From Corallococcus coralloides (lineage in GTDB: Bacteria; Myxococcota; Myxococcia; Myxococcales; Myxococcaceae), in assembly GCF_004104415.1 (NCBI RefSeq), contig NZ_CP034669.1: a stretch of 64,000 nt of DNA; one strand, written 5' to 3'. The notes beneath the pieces were generated by a model. The model was not told the DNA's origin, searched no databases, and saw only the letters and a list, made by a program, of their open reading frames with translations. Positions 45,575-55,925 of the stretch are shown piece after piece. A program made the translations under genes and the position numbers. Each line of letters begins with the position of its first letter. Positions within the stretch are counted from its first letter, which is position 1.

Positions 45575-46420
45575 TCAGATGTCGATGTTGACGATGCGCC
45601 GGATGATGAGGATGCCCATGATCTCCATGATGGCGATGATGGTCACCAGGATGTAGCCGAAGATGTGGTTCATCATCGGCTCCATCAGGTCCGGACGCAT
45701 GTAGTTGAGCACCATGCCCAGCACCGCCGGCATGGCCGCGACGATCCACCCTTGAAGCTTGCCCTGGGACGTCAGCGCGTCGATCTTGCCTTCCAGGCGG
45801 AAGCGCTCGCGGATCACCGTGGAGATGGTCTCGAACATCTCCGCCATGTTGCCGCCCAGCTGGCGCGCGATGTTGGTGGACACCACCACCAGCTCCAGGT
45901 CGTCGCTGCCCACGCGCTTGCCCATGTTGACGAGCGCCTCTTCCAGGGGCACGCCCAGCTTCACTTCCTTCACGAAGAGGCCGAACTCCTGGGACAGGGG
46001 CGGCAGCGCTTCGCGCGCCACGTGCTCGATGGCCTGCGGGAACGTGAGGCCCGCCTTGAACGCGTTGGCCATGGCCTGCAGCGCGTCCACCAGCTGCACG
46101 TTGAACTTCTTGATGCGGCGCTTGCGGTAGTGCTTCACGAGCAGCATCGGCAGGAAGAAGCCGAAGATGGTCGCGAGCACCGCCAGGATGGGGTTGAAGA
46201 CGATGTAGCTGAGGATGCCCAGGAGGCACATGCAGGCGATGTTGAGGATCAACATCTGCCGCGCGTCGATGAAGAGGAACATGTCGCTCAAGTCGTTCAT
46301 CGACTTGGCGACGTACCGCTCCTGGTACTGCTCATACGCCTTCGACAGGACGCTGAAGATCACCAGGCTGAAGAAGAACACCGAGCCGGTGACGAGGAGG
46401 AGGACGATACCTGCGAGCAT
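45575..46420 (-). CDS. Type II secretion system F-family inner-membrane platform protein (TadB-like)
   Basis: The 281-aa ORF has TM helices at both ends. The T2SSF region is LVDALQAMANAFKAGLTFPQAI...STNIARQLGGNMAEMF. Confidence 0.8.
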   Translation of the reverse strand: MLAGIVLLLVTGSVFFFSLVIFSVLSKAYEQYQERYVAKSMNDLSDMFLFIDARQMLILNIACMCLLGILSYIVFNPILAVLATIFGFFLPMLLVKHYRKRRIKKFNVQLVDALQAMANAFKAGLTFPQAIEHVAREALPPLSQEFGLFVKEVKLGVPLEEALVNMGKRVGSDDLELVVVSTNIARQLGGNMAEMFETISTVIRERFRLEGKIDALTSQGKLQGWIVAAMPAVLGMVLNYMRPDLMEPMMNHIFGYILVTIIAIMEIMGILIIRRIVNIDI

Positions 46421-46499
46421 GGGCGCGAATCCCCGGGGGATGAGGGAGGGGTCGGCAGGGCCGCTTCAGCCTTGAAGCGAAGCGGCCCCGCGCGCGGGA

Positions 46500-47318
46500 C
46501 TACGGAGCTCCGGCCGAGGCCTTCTCGCCGCCGCCACTGCCCTTGATGATCTGGATGATCTCCCGGCGCTTCTGCTCGAGCACGCGGGTGCGCTCGCCGG
46601 ACAGCAGCGTGCTGATGGTCGCGCGGCCACGCTCTTCGATGAGGTCCACGTCGTCCTCGTTGCGCAGCGACAGGGTCAGCTGCCCCAGCTCCGCCGCCAG
46701 CACCAGGATCTCCGCCTCTTCCGGCAGCACCATCAGCGAGACGTTGGAGTACTCGCGCTGGTTCTCCGGGATGAGGTTGATGTTCGTGGTACCGGTGATC
46801 TTGCCCGTGGCGACCACGATGATGTTCTGCAGCAGCGTCACCGCGACGCTCTCATCCGTCTGCGGATCGCGGAACGTGCCGATGATGTCCACGTGGTCGT
46901 TCGGACGGATCCACCCGCCCACGGACGTGGTCTGCTTCGCCTCGATGGTGATGGCGCGCGCCTTCTTCTGCACCTTCGTGGACAGGCGCTCGGCGGCCTT
47001 CGTCGTCTCGAACTGGCTCCAGAGGATGGGGTCGCCGGCCTGCAGCGCCACCAGCACCTTCTGGTTCACGATGTAGTTGGCGGAGTCCGGCTTCACCACC
47101 GACGAGGTGACGAACTGCTCCGGCACGGAGCGCTGGGAGATCATCTCGTACGTGATGACCGAACCCTCGGGCATGTCCTGGCCCGCCACCACCACGGGCA
47201 CCAGGTTCCACCCGCGGCGCACATCCGATTCCTTCTTCTTGATGGCCGAGTAGGCCACGATGCCCGCGAGCAAACCGAGCACCAGTGCGACGACGAGCGG
47301 GGTCTTACCCTTCAACAT
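46500..47318 (-). CDS. cpaB: Flp pilus assembly protein CpaB/RcpC family
   Basis: An N-terminal TM anchor (PLVVALVLGLLAGIVAY) is followed by SAF-like and CpaB beta domains (...GDPILWSQF...NIIVVATGKITG...). It lies directly upstream of the tadB/tadC-like genes. Confidence 0.75.
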   Translation of the reverse strand: MLKGKTPLVVALVLGLLAGIVAYSAIKKKESDVRRGWNLVPVVVAGQDMPEGSVITYEMISQRSVPEQFVTSSVVKPDSANYIVNQKVLVALQAGDPILWSQFETTKAAERLSTKVQKKARAITIEAKQTTSVGGWIRPNDHVDIIGTFRDPQTDESVAVTLLQNIIVVATGKITGTTNINLIPENQREYSNVSLMVLPEEAEILVLAAELGQLTLSLRNEDDVDLIEERGRATISTLLSGERTRVLEQKRREIIQIIKGSGGGEKASAGAP

Positions 47319-47551
47319 GGTTCAAGGTCCTCCAGAACGGTGGGGCGCCGTCGTGGCGGCAGGACTGCTTTGGACGAGGGGGCAATGCCAGGGCGCGAAC
47401 GGGGCAAGATGTTAGCCATGCCCCAGAGCAGGTGTCAAAACCACCTCTCGCGACAAAGCGGAATCCCGGGACCTCCGGAGCTCACGGAGCCTGCCCGCCC
47501 AGGGGGGAGGACGGCTCGACGCAGCGTGCGGACCCGCGGCCTCTGCGTCCC

Positions 47552-47854
47552 TCAGGGGAACGGCAGGTTCAGCACGAAGTAGAACGAGTCGTAATAAATC
47601 TGGTACGCCTCGAGGAACAGGTCGATGACGTTGGTCTGCCGGTCGTCCGTCCAGCGGATCCGCACCGTGGCGCCAATGACGAGCCCGACGATCAACACCC
47701 AGTTGATCATCGAGTACTCCACCATGGCCTGGCCACGGCGGGCCCGGCGCGGGGAGCGCGGCGGTGACTTCCGGGAGCTGTTCACGGGGGGAGCGGGCAC
47801 GTCCGACGTCATGTCCCCATTATCCAGGACCCGGGCCCCGGACGCATCGGTCAT
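47552..47854 (-). CDS. TadE/Flp-family prepilin-like protein with a G/xxxxEY prepilin peptidase motif
   Basis: The sequence ...RRARRGQAMVEYSMINWVLIVGLVIGATV matches the Flp/TadE class III signal (G↓xxxxEY followed by a hydrophobic helix). The predicted mature part is about 58 aa. The leader of 42 aa is unusually long; 27 aa if the start is the ATG at 47812. Confidence 0.6.
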   Translation of the reverse strand: MTDASGARVLDNGDMTSDVPAPPVNSSRKSPPRSPRRARRGQAMVEYSMINWVLIVGLVIGATVRIRWTDDRQTNVIDLFLEAYQIYYDSFYFVLNLPFP

Positions 47855-47872
47855 GTGGACTGCCGCCCTCCC

Positions 47873-49321
47873 CTACTGCGCGGGCTGGGCGGGAGCGGCC
47901 TTGGCCGGAGCCGTGGGGGGCGAAGCCTGACGCAGGCGGCGCTGGGCCAGCTGCGCCGCGCTGGAGCCGGGGGCCTCGGAGATGATCTGCCCGCAGACGG
48001 CGGCGGCCTCCTGGGTCCGGCCCTGGACGGACTCCGACTCGCAGAGCCGTGAGAGCAGGGCCAGCCGCTCGCTGCCGCTGGCTCCGGCCGACAGCGCGGC
48101 GCGCAGCAGCTGGGCCTCCCGGGCGCGGTCACCCTGGTTCGCGGCGGCCTGGGCCTGGGCGGACAGGTCGCGCGCCGTCATCGCCTCCTTGGACGCGGAC
48201 TTCTCCAGGGGGACAGGCTTCGCGGCCTCGGCGCGGGCGGACTCCTGCTTGGGCGTGGCGGTCGAAAGCGCCGGGGGCGTGGACGGGGGCCGCGCACCGC
48301 CGATGGAGCCCACGGCGGCGGGGGCCATGGGCTCGGCCTGGACCACGGGCGCGGAGGCCACGGCGGGAGGGGGCGGAGGCGCGCCCGCGGCGACACTCTG
48401 GTCGTCATCCATGCCGAGCCCACGGCCATAGGCCGCCTCACCCAGCCGCAGGGAGTCACCCGCCGAGCCCATGGCCTTGTCGCCGAGCTTGCCCGGGGAA
48501 CTCCGTCGCGCGGGTTCATCCTTCGCGGCGTAGCCTTCGTCGGCCGCCTCTTCCTTCGGAGGCGACACCGGCATGACCGCCCCGGCCGGCGCCTGCTCGA
48601 GCGCGGCGAACTCGCCGTCCGCGTCCCGGACGGCCTTGGACATCTTCTTCCTGGGAGCCTCGGCGTCCGCGCGGCGCTCCAGCAGCGCGCCACCGCTGCC
48701 CGCGTTCATCCAGTCCGACGGACGGGCCGCGGCGGTGCCCTTGCGCTGCACCTTGGCCTCCACCCGGTTCTTGTCGAACTCCCTCTCGCTCGGAGCGGCC
48801 GCAAGTGCGTCCGAGGCACCTTCGGGCACGTCCTCTTCGAGGGTCGCGCTCGAGGGCGCGGGGGCCATCGCGGTCGGGGCGCTCTTCTCCCGCGTCCGAG
48901 AATCCTGCTTCGCCGCCTCCATCGCCGGGCTGGGCGCGGCCCGCTGCGACAGGTTCGGCGACAGGTCCAGGTTCTCGCTCACCGTCAACGTCAGGAGGCC
49001 GAAGGTGCTCACCGTGGCCAGGCCCACCGCGGGCAACAGCCAGCGGCGCCAGCGCGAGGGCTTCGGCTCGGGGCCGGCGGCGGCGCGGCGCGCGGACTGC
49101 TGCGCGTACGCGAGCAGCGACTCCAGGCCCGCGTCCGGCGCGGGCTCTGACGACAGCTGCGCCATGGTGGTGCGCACGCCGCGGATGTCCGCCAGCGCCT
49201 TCGTGCAGCGCGCGCACCCCTGGACGTGCTGCTCCAGCGCGTGGGCCTCCGACGCGGGCAGCTCGCCATAGGCGAAGTCGAGGAGCCGGTCCTCGTGCGC
49301 GTGGGCATTCTGGGCATTCAT
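47873..49321 (-). CDS. Anti-sigma factor (zinc-finger ZAS-like N-terminus, single TM, long low-complexity C-terminal region)
   Basis: N-terminus: DFAYGELPASEAHALEQHVQGCARCTKAL (HxxxCxxC). TM: WLLPAVGLATVSTFGLLTL. A roughly 370-aa A/P/S/E-rich extracytoplasmic region follows. Its start overlaps the stop of the ECF sigma gene. Confidence 0.75.
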   Translation of the reverse strand: MNAQNAHAHEDRLLDFAYGELPASEAHALEQHVQGCARCTKALADIRGVRTTMAQLSSEPAPDAGLESLLAYAQQSARRAAAGPEPKPSRWRRWLLPAVGLATVSTFGLLTLTVSENLDLSPNLSQRAAPSPAMEAAKQDSRTREKSAPTAMAPAPSSATLEEDVPEGASDALAAAPSEREFDKNRVEAKVQRKGTAAARPSDWMNAGSGGALLERRADAEAPRKKMSKAVRDADGEFAALEQAPAGAVMPVSPPKEEAADEGYAAKDEPARRSSPGKLGDKAMGSAGDSLRLGEAAYGRGLGMDDDQSVAAGAPPPPPAVASAPVVQAEPMAPAAVGSIGGARPPSTPPALSTATPKQESARAEAAKPVPLEKSASKEAMTARDLSAQAQAAANQGDRAREAQLLRAALSAGASGSERLALLSRLCESESVQGRTQEAAAVCGQIISEAPGSSAAQLAQRRLRQASPPTAPAKAAPAQPAQ

Positions 49322-49998
49322 CCCGCCACCGTCCTTCCATCCTCCGACAGGTCGCCGTCCACGCCCAGCTCACCCAGGCGGCGGCGCAGGCCCTCCAGCG
49401 CGTAGCGCATGCGGCTCTTCACCGTGTTCTCGGACACGCCCGTCACCTCGGCGATCTCCTTGAACGGGATGCCGCTGTACTCGCGCAGCACGAACACCTC
49501 GCGCTGCTCCTCCGGCAGGGCGGACAGGGCCCGCTCCAGCAGGGGCCGGAGGCGGGCGTTGTGGGCGCCGCGCTCCGGGCTGGCCCCGGCATCCGGCAGC
49601 CCCTCGCCCAGCGGACGTCCCTCGTCGCCGTCGGCGCCCGCCGCGGGGGCTTCCAGGGACGTCGCCTGGCGGTAGCTCTCTTTGCGCGTGCTGTCCACGC
49701 AGAGGTTCCTCGCGATGGTGTACAGCCAGGTCGTGAACCGGGCCTTGGGCTCGTATTCCCGGGCGCTGCGGACCACCTTGAGCCAGGTCTCCTGCAGCAC
49801 GTCCTCCGCCCGCGCCCTGTGGCCTACGAAGCGCAGGATGAAGTTGAACACCGGCGCGCGGTGCTTGCGCACCAACGCATCGAACGCACGCGCGTTTCCC
49901 GCCTGGAAGGCGAGCATCAGCTGCTCGTCTGAGGTTTCGGGTGCCAAACTTCCCCCAGTGCCCATGAAGCCACGGGTGCCATCCCCTTCACCGCCCAC
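49318..49998 (-). CDS. ECF (sigma-70 family, group 4) RNA polymerase sigma factor
   Basis: Region 2 is FDALVRKHRAPVFNFILRFVG...DVLQETWLKV. Region 4 is LPEEQREVFVLREYSGIPFKEIAEVTGVSENTVKSRMRYAL. The start is at 49998 or the internal ATG at 49965. Confidence 0.85.
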   Translation of the reverse strand: MGGEGDGTRGFMGTGGSLAPETSDEQLMLAFQAGNARAFDALVRKHRAPVFNFILRFVGHRARAEDVLQETWLKVVRSAREYEPKARFTTWLYTIARNLCVDSTRKESYRQATSLEAPAAGADGDEGRPLGEGLPDAGASPERGAHNARLRPLLERALSALPEEQREVFVLREYSGIPFKEIAEVTGVSENTVKSRMRYALEGLRRRLGELGVDGDLSEDGRTVAG

Positions 49999-50029
49999 GG
50001 CCTGTAACGGACAGCCGTGCGCGAAAGGT

Positions 50030-50443
50030 CTATTCCGGCCGTGGCCGCCGGTAAGTGGCGAGAATGACAGGGACCGCCACCCCTGTCACCAGAAGTGCCT
50101 GCGCCAGCAATACCGCCGGCAACGGGCGCTGCACATGCACGTACAGCGAGCGGCCGAGCCCCGCTCCCAACAGGACGCCCGTCAGCGTGCGCACCGCGTT
50201 GGAACCCGAAGCGGGCCGGAAGCGTCCCACCGCCCAGTCCACGAGCGCGGGCAGCGTGAGGGCCAGCACCACCGGCACGTCCCACTCCCACCGCAGCGGC
50301 GCCTTCAGCGCGAACAGTCCGAGGAACACGCCAGCGAGCACCGGATACGTGCCCAGGCACCGCGCGCACACGCGCACGCCCGCGAGCACGTACGTGCGGT
50401 TGTACTCATCCGGGTGATGATGGCTGAGCCAGAACACCGGCAC
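50030..50443 (-). CDS. Small membrane protein (DUF2085-like, CARC motif)
   Basis: After about 45 junk codons the track ORF contains [40 protein letters not shown] plus three further hydrophobic helices. A plausible GTG start at 50443 overlaps the upstream ATPase stop. Confidence 0.45.
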   Translation of the reverse strand: MPVFWLSHHHPDEYNRTYVLAGVRVCARCLGTYPVLAGVFLGLFALKAPLRWEWDVPVVLALTLPALVDWAVGRFRPASGSNAVRTLTGVLLGAGLGRSLYVHVQRPLPAVLLAQALLVTGVAVPVILATYRRPRPE

Positions 50444-51457
50444 CTCCTCCGGACGCGGAAACAGCGGGCCCGTCCTGCACGTCGCGCGAATCCCCTTCGG
50501 CCAGGAAGCACGCCGCGGCGTGGCCTCCGCCCAGGGGATACAGCGGCGGTGACTCGCGGCGGCAGCGCTCCATCGCATGCGGGCAGCGCGGATGGAATGC
50601 GCAGCCGGCCGGCGGCGACAGGGGCGAAGGCGGCTCTCCCGGCAGCAGCAGGCGCGTGCGGGGGTGCTCCGGATCCGGCACCGGCACCGCGGACAGCAGC
50701 GCCTGCGTGTACGGATGGCGAGGCCCTGCGTACAGCGACCGGGACGGCGCCACCTCCACGATGCGGCCCAGGTACATCACCGCCACGCGCGTGGACACGT
50801 ACTCAACAATCTTCAGGTCGTGCGCGATGAAGACGTACGTGAGCCCGCGCTCGCGCTGCAGGTCCACCAGCAGGTTGACGATCTGCGCCTGGATGGAGAC
50901 GTCCAGCGCGCTGATGGGCTCGTCCGCCACCACCAGGTCCGGACGCAACGCGATGGCACGTGCAATGCCGATGCGTTGACGCTGGCCGCCGGAGAACTCG
51001 TGCGGGTAGCGCTGGCGCGCCTCGCGGGGCAGCCCCATGGCGTCGAGCAGCGCCAGCACCTCGTCCTCGCGCGCCTTGCCCTTCGCCAGGCCGTGGATGG
51101 CGAAGGGCTCCGCGAGGATGTCCCCCACCGTCATGCGCGGGTTGAGCGACGCGTAGGGGTCCTGGAAGACGAGCTGCATCTGGCGGCGCAGCGGCCGCAA
51201 TTCGCGCTGCGACAGGCCGGTCAGCTCGCGCCCGGCCACGCGGATGGAGCCGGAGGTCGGATCGATGAGGCGCAGCACCGCGCGCCCCAGCGTGCTCTTG
51301 CCGCAGCCGCTCTCCCCCACCAGGCCCAGCGTCTCGCCGCGGGCCACGTCGAAGGACACGCCGTCCACCGCGCGCACCGTGCCGCGCGTGCGGCCCAGCA
51401 GGCCGCCCTTCACCGGGAAGTGCACCTTCAGGTCGCGCACCTGGACCAGCGGTTCGC

Positions 51458-51461
<4 letters not shown>
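50406..51461 (-). CDS. OppF/DppF-type ABC transporter ATP-binding protein
   Basis: It was trimmed to the ATG at 51461 ([15 protein letters not shown]...). Walker A is GESGCGKST, signature [14 protein letters not shown] and Walker [13 protein letters not shown]. The C-terminal oligopeptide-type extension has RHPYTQALL and a CxxxC...C cluster. Its start overlaps the upstream stop (ATGA). Confidence 0.85.
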
Positions 51462-52464
<1,003 letters not shown>

Positions 52465-52468
<4 letters not shown>

Positions 52469-53484
52469 TTCTGGGCCAGCTCCTCCAGGAACTCCGCCTC
52501 CTGGATGAGCCCCTTGCGGATGAGCAGGCGGATGAGGCTCGCGACCATGCGCGCGGGCTTCACCTTCTCCGTGTCCAGGCTGGCCTCTTCACCGCGCGAG
52601 ATGCGGTCGATGTCGTCCAGCACCGCCAGGTCCTCCTCGGAGAAGTCCGGCTTGGGCGTGAGCGCCACGGACGGCTTCACGCCCTGCGCGGCGCCGCCGA
52701 AGAGCACCACCGGCACGCGCGGCTTGCTCGGGTCCTCCGGCTCCGCGGGGGGCGGAGGCGGGGCCGGCGGACGGGCCGCGGCGGGGGGCGGCGGCGGACG
52801 CGGGGCCTTGGGGACCTTGGGACGGGGCGTGGAGCCCAGGATGTCCTCCAGCACCTCCGCGCCGTCGGCGGACGCGTCGCCCTCGTGCGGCGGCGGCGGC
52901 GGCAGATCCCAGTCCAGCGGCGGCGGCGCGGGCGGACGCGGCGGCGTGGGCGCGCGCGCGGCGGCGGGAGGGGCCGGCGGCGACGGCAGGATGTCCGGCG
53001 AATCGTCCTCGTCCATGTCCATCGGTTCAGCCTCCACGATGTCCAGGGGCTCGCCCCGGCCTCTCGCCAGTGCCTGCTCCAGGTCGTCCGACGCGGCGAC
53101 GAACACCTTGAGCGGCTTGCGCAGCTGGAAGCGCAGCTCATCCACCAGCATCAGGTTGCCCGGGTCCTCCACCGCGACGTGGATCTTCTCGCCGCGGCCG
53201 TCCTGCTCCAAAGCGAAGAGGAGCACCCGGTGCTCGGTCTGGAAGTCCATGGACACCAGCGAGGACACCGCATGCGGGATGTACTCGGGGAGCTCCACGA
53301 AGGGCAGCTCGTGCTGCGCCGCCAGCGCCTTCGCGATGTCCCGGCCCGTGCACAGGCCCATGGACACCAGCACCTCGCCCAGCTTGCGGCCCTGGCCGCG
53401 CCGTCCGGACGCGAGGGCCTGCTTCACCTGCTCGTCCGTCACCACTCCGGCCTGGACGAGGAGTTCACCAATCTTCTTGCGCAT
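52465..53484 (-). CDS. Stand-alone MshEN (T2SS GspE N-terminal-like) domain protein with a Pro-rich linker and short C-terminal helix. No ATPase domain.
   Basis: The N-terminus has paired motifs [24 protein letters not shown]...[33 protein letters not shown], the 2 x 24-aa signature of MshEN c-di-GMP-binding domains. A P/A-rich linker of about 100 aa and a C-terminal [19 protein letters not shown] follow. Confidence 0.7.
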
Positions 53485-53493
53485 GGCCGGGGG

Positions 53494-54246
53494 CTACCGC
53501 TTGACCTTGGCGAGGTATTCCTCGCGGGAGAAAATGCCCTTCTCGATGAGCAGCTCCACCATGGCCTTCAGCGCCGCGACCTCCTTGCGCTGGACCTCCT
53601 CCACGCTCTTGAGCAGGTCCGCGGGGCTGCCGGACGGGGCCTGACGGGGGGGCTCCGCCGGGGGGGCCTGACGGGGGGGCGGCGCGGCGGCGGGCTTGGG
53701 GGACATGGCGACGGCGGCGGCCGGGTCCAGGTCCTTGAGGTTCTTCACGACGGTGCGGCCCTGCGCGTCCACCACCTTGAAGTTGGTGTCCGCGTCCTCC
53801 AGCTCCGCCGTCTCCTCGTAGAGGCGCGCGAACGCCCGCGCCACGGAGGTGCGCCCGGCCACGTTGGCCACGATGCGGCACTTGGACAGGGCCCGCAGCT
53901 CGTCCAGCACCCGCACGTTGAGCGGGTCCGACATGGCGACCACCAGCGTCTTGCCGTCGTCGCGCAGCTGCAGCGGCACCACGGAGAAATCGCGCGCCGT
54001 CTGCGCCGGAATCTTGGCCTTCACGTGCGGCGGAACCATCTGCACGGAGTCCAGGTTCACCGCCGGCATGCCCAGCTGCTTCGACAAGGCGCGCACGAGG
54101 ATGTCCTCTGAGACGAGGTTCATCCGGACGAGGATCTCGCCCAGCTTCCCGCCCCACTTGGCCTGCTCGGCGAGCGCCGCCTTGAGCTGGCTCTCCTGCA
54201 GGACGTTCGCCTTGATCAGCAGTTCTCCAAGCTTGATCTGTGCCAT
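53494..54246 (-). CDS. Stand-alone MshEN (GspE N-terminal-like) domain protein, paralogue of the preceding gene
   Basis: IKLGELLIKANVLQESQLKAALAEQAKWGGKLGEILVRMNLVSEDILVRALSKQLGMPAVNL. It has the same two-motif architecture, a Pro-rich linker, and a C-terminal LIEKGIFSREEYLAKVKR similar to the paralogue. Confidence 0.7.
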   Translation of the reverse strand: MAQIKLGELLIKANVLQESQLKAALAEQAKWGGKLGEILVRMNLVSEDILVRALSKQLGMPAVNLDSVQMVPPHVKAKIPAQTARDFSVVPLQLRDDGKTLVVAMSDPLNVRVLDELRALSKCRIVANVAGRTSVARAFARLYEETAELEDADTNFKVVDAQGRTVVKNLKDLDPAAAVAMSPKPAAAPPPRQAPPAEPPRQAPSGSPADLLKSVEEVQRKEVAALKAMVELLIEKGIFSREEYLAKVKR

Positions 54247-54305
54247 GTCGTGCGCGCCATAGTACCCGGTTTGCGCCGGGACGCTGCCTTTCGACGCCTG
54301 GAAGC

Positions 54306-55136
54306 TCAGGAACCCGGCGCTGGGGGCGGCTGAGACACCGGCCCCTCCGGGCGGACCTCCTGGCCCCGCGCGTCGACGTCCACCACCTTCGCCCCCTCGG
54401 GAGCGCCCAGCTCATAGAGCGTCAGGTCCGGGCGGCCGTTGAGGCGGATGTCCGTGTACTTCAGGTCCAGCTTCGTGCCCGCCGAGGCGGCGACCAGGTG
54501 CACCTTGTTGGGAAAGAGCTGGTCGTCCCGCAGCTCGAAGTCCTCGAACGCCAGGTCGTAGCCCGGCACGCCCCGGACCTCGCTCTTCACCACGCGCAGG
54601 TGCTTGGGATCCACGCGCAGTGTCTGTGTCGCCGGTCCCCGCTGGAGCTTGAGCACGTACACGCGCTCCTTCTCGTCCAGCTCCAGGGTCATGGACTCCG
54701 GCGGCAGGAGGGGGACCTGCCCCAGCATCACCGCCACCAGCTCCTCGCTCGGCAGGACGACAGGCAGGAAGCGGGACACGTTCTCCGCGCTGGCCGGGCC
54801 CTGGAGGTACGTGTTCTCCCCCGCCTGGTAGATGCCGAAGCGCTCACCGTCGGACACGAGCGAGGCCACCGGGCGGTTGAAGAAGTCGTAGGTCTCCAGG
54901 TGGATGAGGGCCGGGCGGGTGATGGAGAGGTACGTGGAGAGCGTGCCGCTGCCCTGGGGCGAGTCCACGTGCAGCTTGGCGTCCCCCTCCAGGTTCACGA
55001 CCTTCGCCTGCCGCTCGCGCACGTGCTGGTAGAGCGTCTGGGCGTCCTCGATGCGGCCCTCCGGACCGAACTCAAGACGTTTGGGGCAGGCCGAACAGAG
55101 GAGGACCAGGAAGATTGCGGCGGCTGCGCGGTTCAT
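54306..55136 (-). CDS. Outer-membrane lipoprotein (DUF4292/LolB-like fold)
   Basis: The signal peptide with Cys is MNRAAAAIFLVLLCSAC. The 255-aa soluble domain has a LolB-like beta-rich composition. Confidence 0.6.
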   Translation of the reverse strand: MNRAAAAIFLVLLCSACPKRLEFGPEGRIEDAQTLYQHVRERQAKVVNLEGDAKLHVDSPQGSGTLSTYLSITRPALIHLETYDFFNRPVASLVSDGERFGIYQAGENTYLQGPASAENVSRFLPVVLPSEELVAVMLGQVPLLPPESMTLELDEKERVYVLKLQRGPATQTLRVDPKHLRVVKSEVRGVPGYDLAFEDFELRDDQLFPNKVHLVAASAGTKLDLKYTDIRLNGRPDLTLYELGAPEGAKVVDVDARGQEVRPEGPVSQPPPAPGS

Positions 55137-55178
55137 ATGTCCTAGTGTGAGCCAGGGCCGCCTGCCCGGTCATCCATC

Positions 55179-55910
55179 ATGAGCCTGAACGATCTACTTC
55201 ATTACCTTCGCCTGGGCGGCGTCACCCTCGCCCTCCTCCTGGGCGCCTCCGTGGTGGCCCTGGGCGTGGCCATCGAGCGGCTCATCGCCCTCTGGGGCGT
55301 GAGCGAGCGCTCCCGCAACCTGGGGGAGATCGTCCAGAAGCACCTCCTCCGGGGTGACCTGGCCGCCGCCCGCACCGCCGCCGAGCGCTCCGACGCCGTG
55401 GCGGCCGACATCTTCCTCGCCGGGTTCGACCGCTGGGAGCGCTCCCGCTCCTCCGGCGGCAACGGCATCGAGTCCGCCGTGGAGCGCGAGCGCGCCCAGG
55501 TGGGGCTCAAGCTGCGGCGCAACCTGTGGCTGCTCGCCACCATCGGTTCGACGACGCCCTTCGTGGGCCTCTTCGGCACCGTGGCCGGCATCATGCGCTC
55601 CTTCAAGGACCTGGGCGTGGACGTGGAGGCCGGCGGCACCGGCGGCTCCGCGGCCGTGATGACGGGCATCTCCGAGGCGCTCGTCGCCACCGCCGTGGGC
55701 ATCCTCGTCGCCGTGCAGGCGATGGTCTTCTACAACTACTTCCAGGCCCGGCTGTCCCGCGTGCTGGTGGAGCTGCGCCTGTTGGGCGACGAGTTCGCGG
55801 AGGTCCTCAAGGAGCGCTCCGCCGGCGGCCCGCTGCCGGAAGCCACGCCGCCCCCGCGCGAGGGCGCCACGCCGCCTGCTCCCCGCCCGGATCCGCAGCC
55901 CGCCTCGTAA
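55179..55910 (+). CDS. MotA/TolQ/ExbB proton-channel family protein
   Basis: It has three TM helices. The conserved C-terminal channel region is LATIGSTTPFVGLFGTVAGIMRSF...MTGISEALVATAVGILVAV. Confidence 0.85.
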   Translation: MSLNDLLHYLRLGGVTLALLLGASVVALGVAIERLIALWGVSERSRNLGEIVQKHLLRGDLAAARTAAERSDAVAADIFLAGFDRWERSRSSGGNGIESAVERERAQVGLKLRRNLWLLATIGSTTPFVGLFGTVAGIMRSFKDLGVDVEAGGTGGSAAVMTGISEALVATAVGILVAVQAMVFYNYFQARLSRVLVELRLLGDEFAEVLKERSAGGPLPEATPPPREGATPPAPRPDPQPAS

Positions 55911-55925
55911 GGAGACACGCCCACC

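Noticed and set aside
52677-53141. Minus-strand 154-aa ORF inside the MshEN gene in another frame
   Set aside because: It is Arg/Pro-rich ([23 protein letters not shown]) and is an out-of-frame reading of the Pro-rich linker of the real gene.
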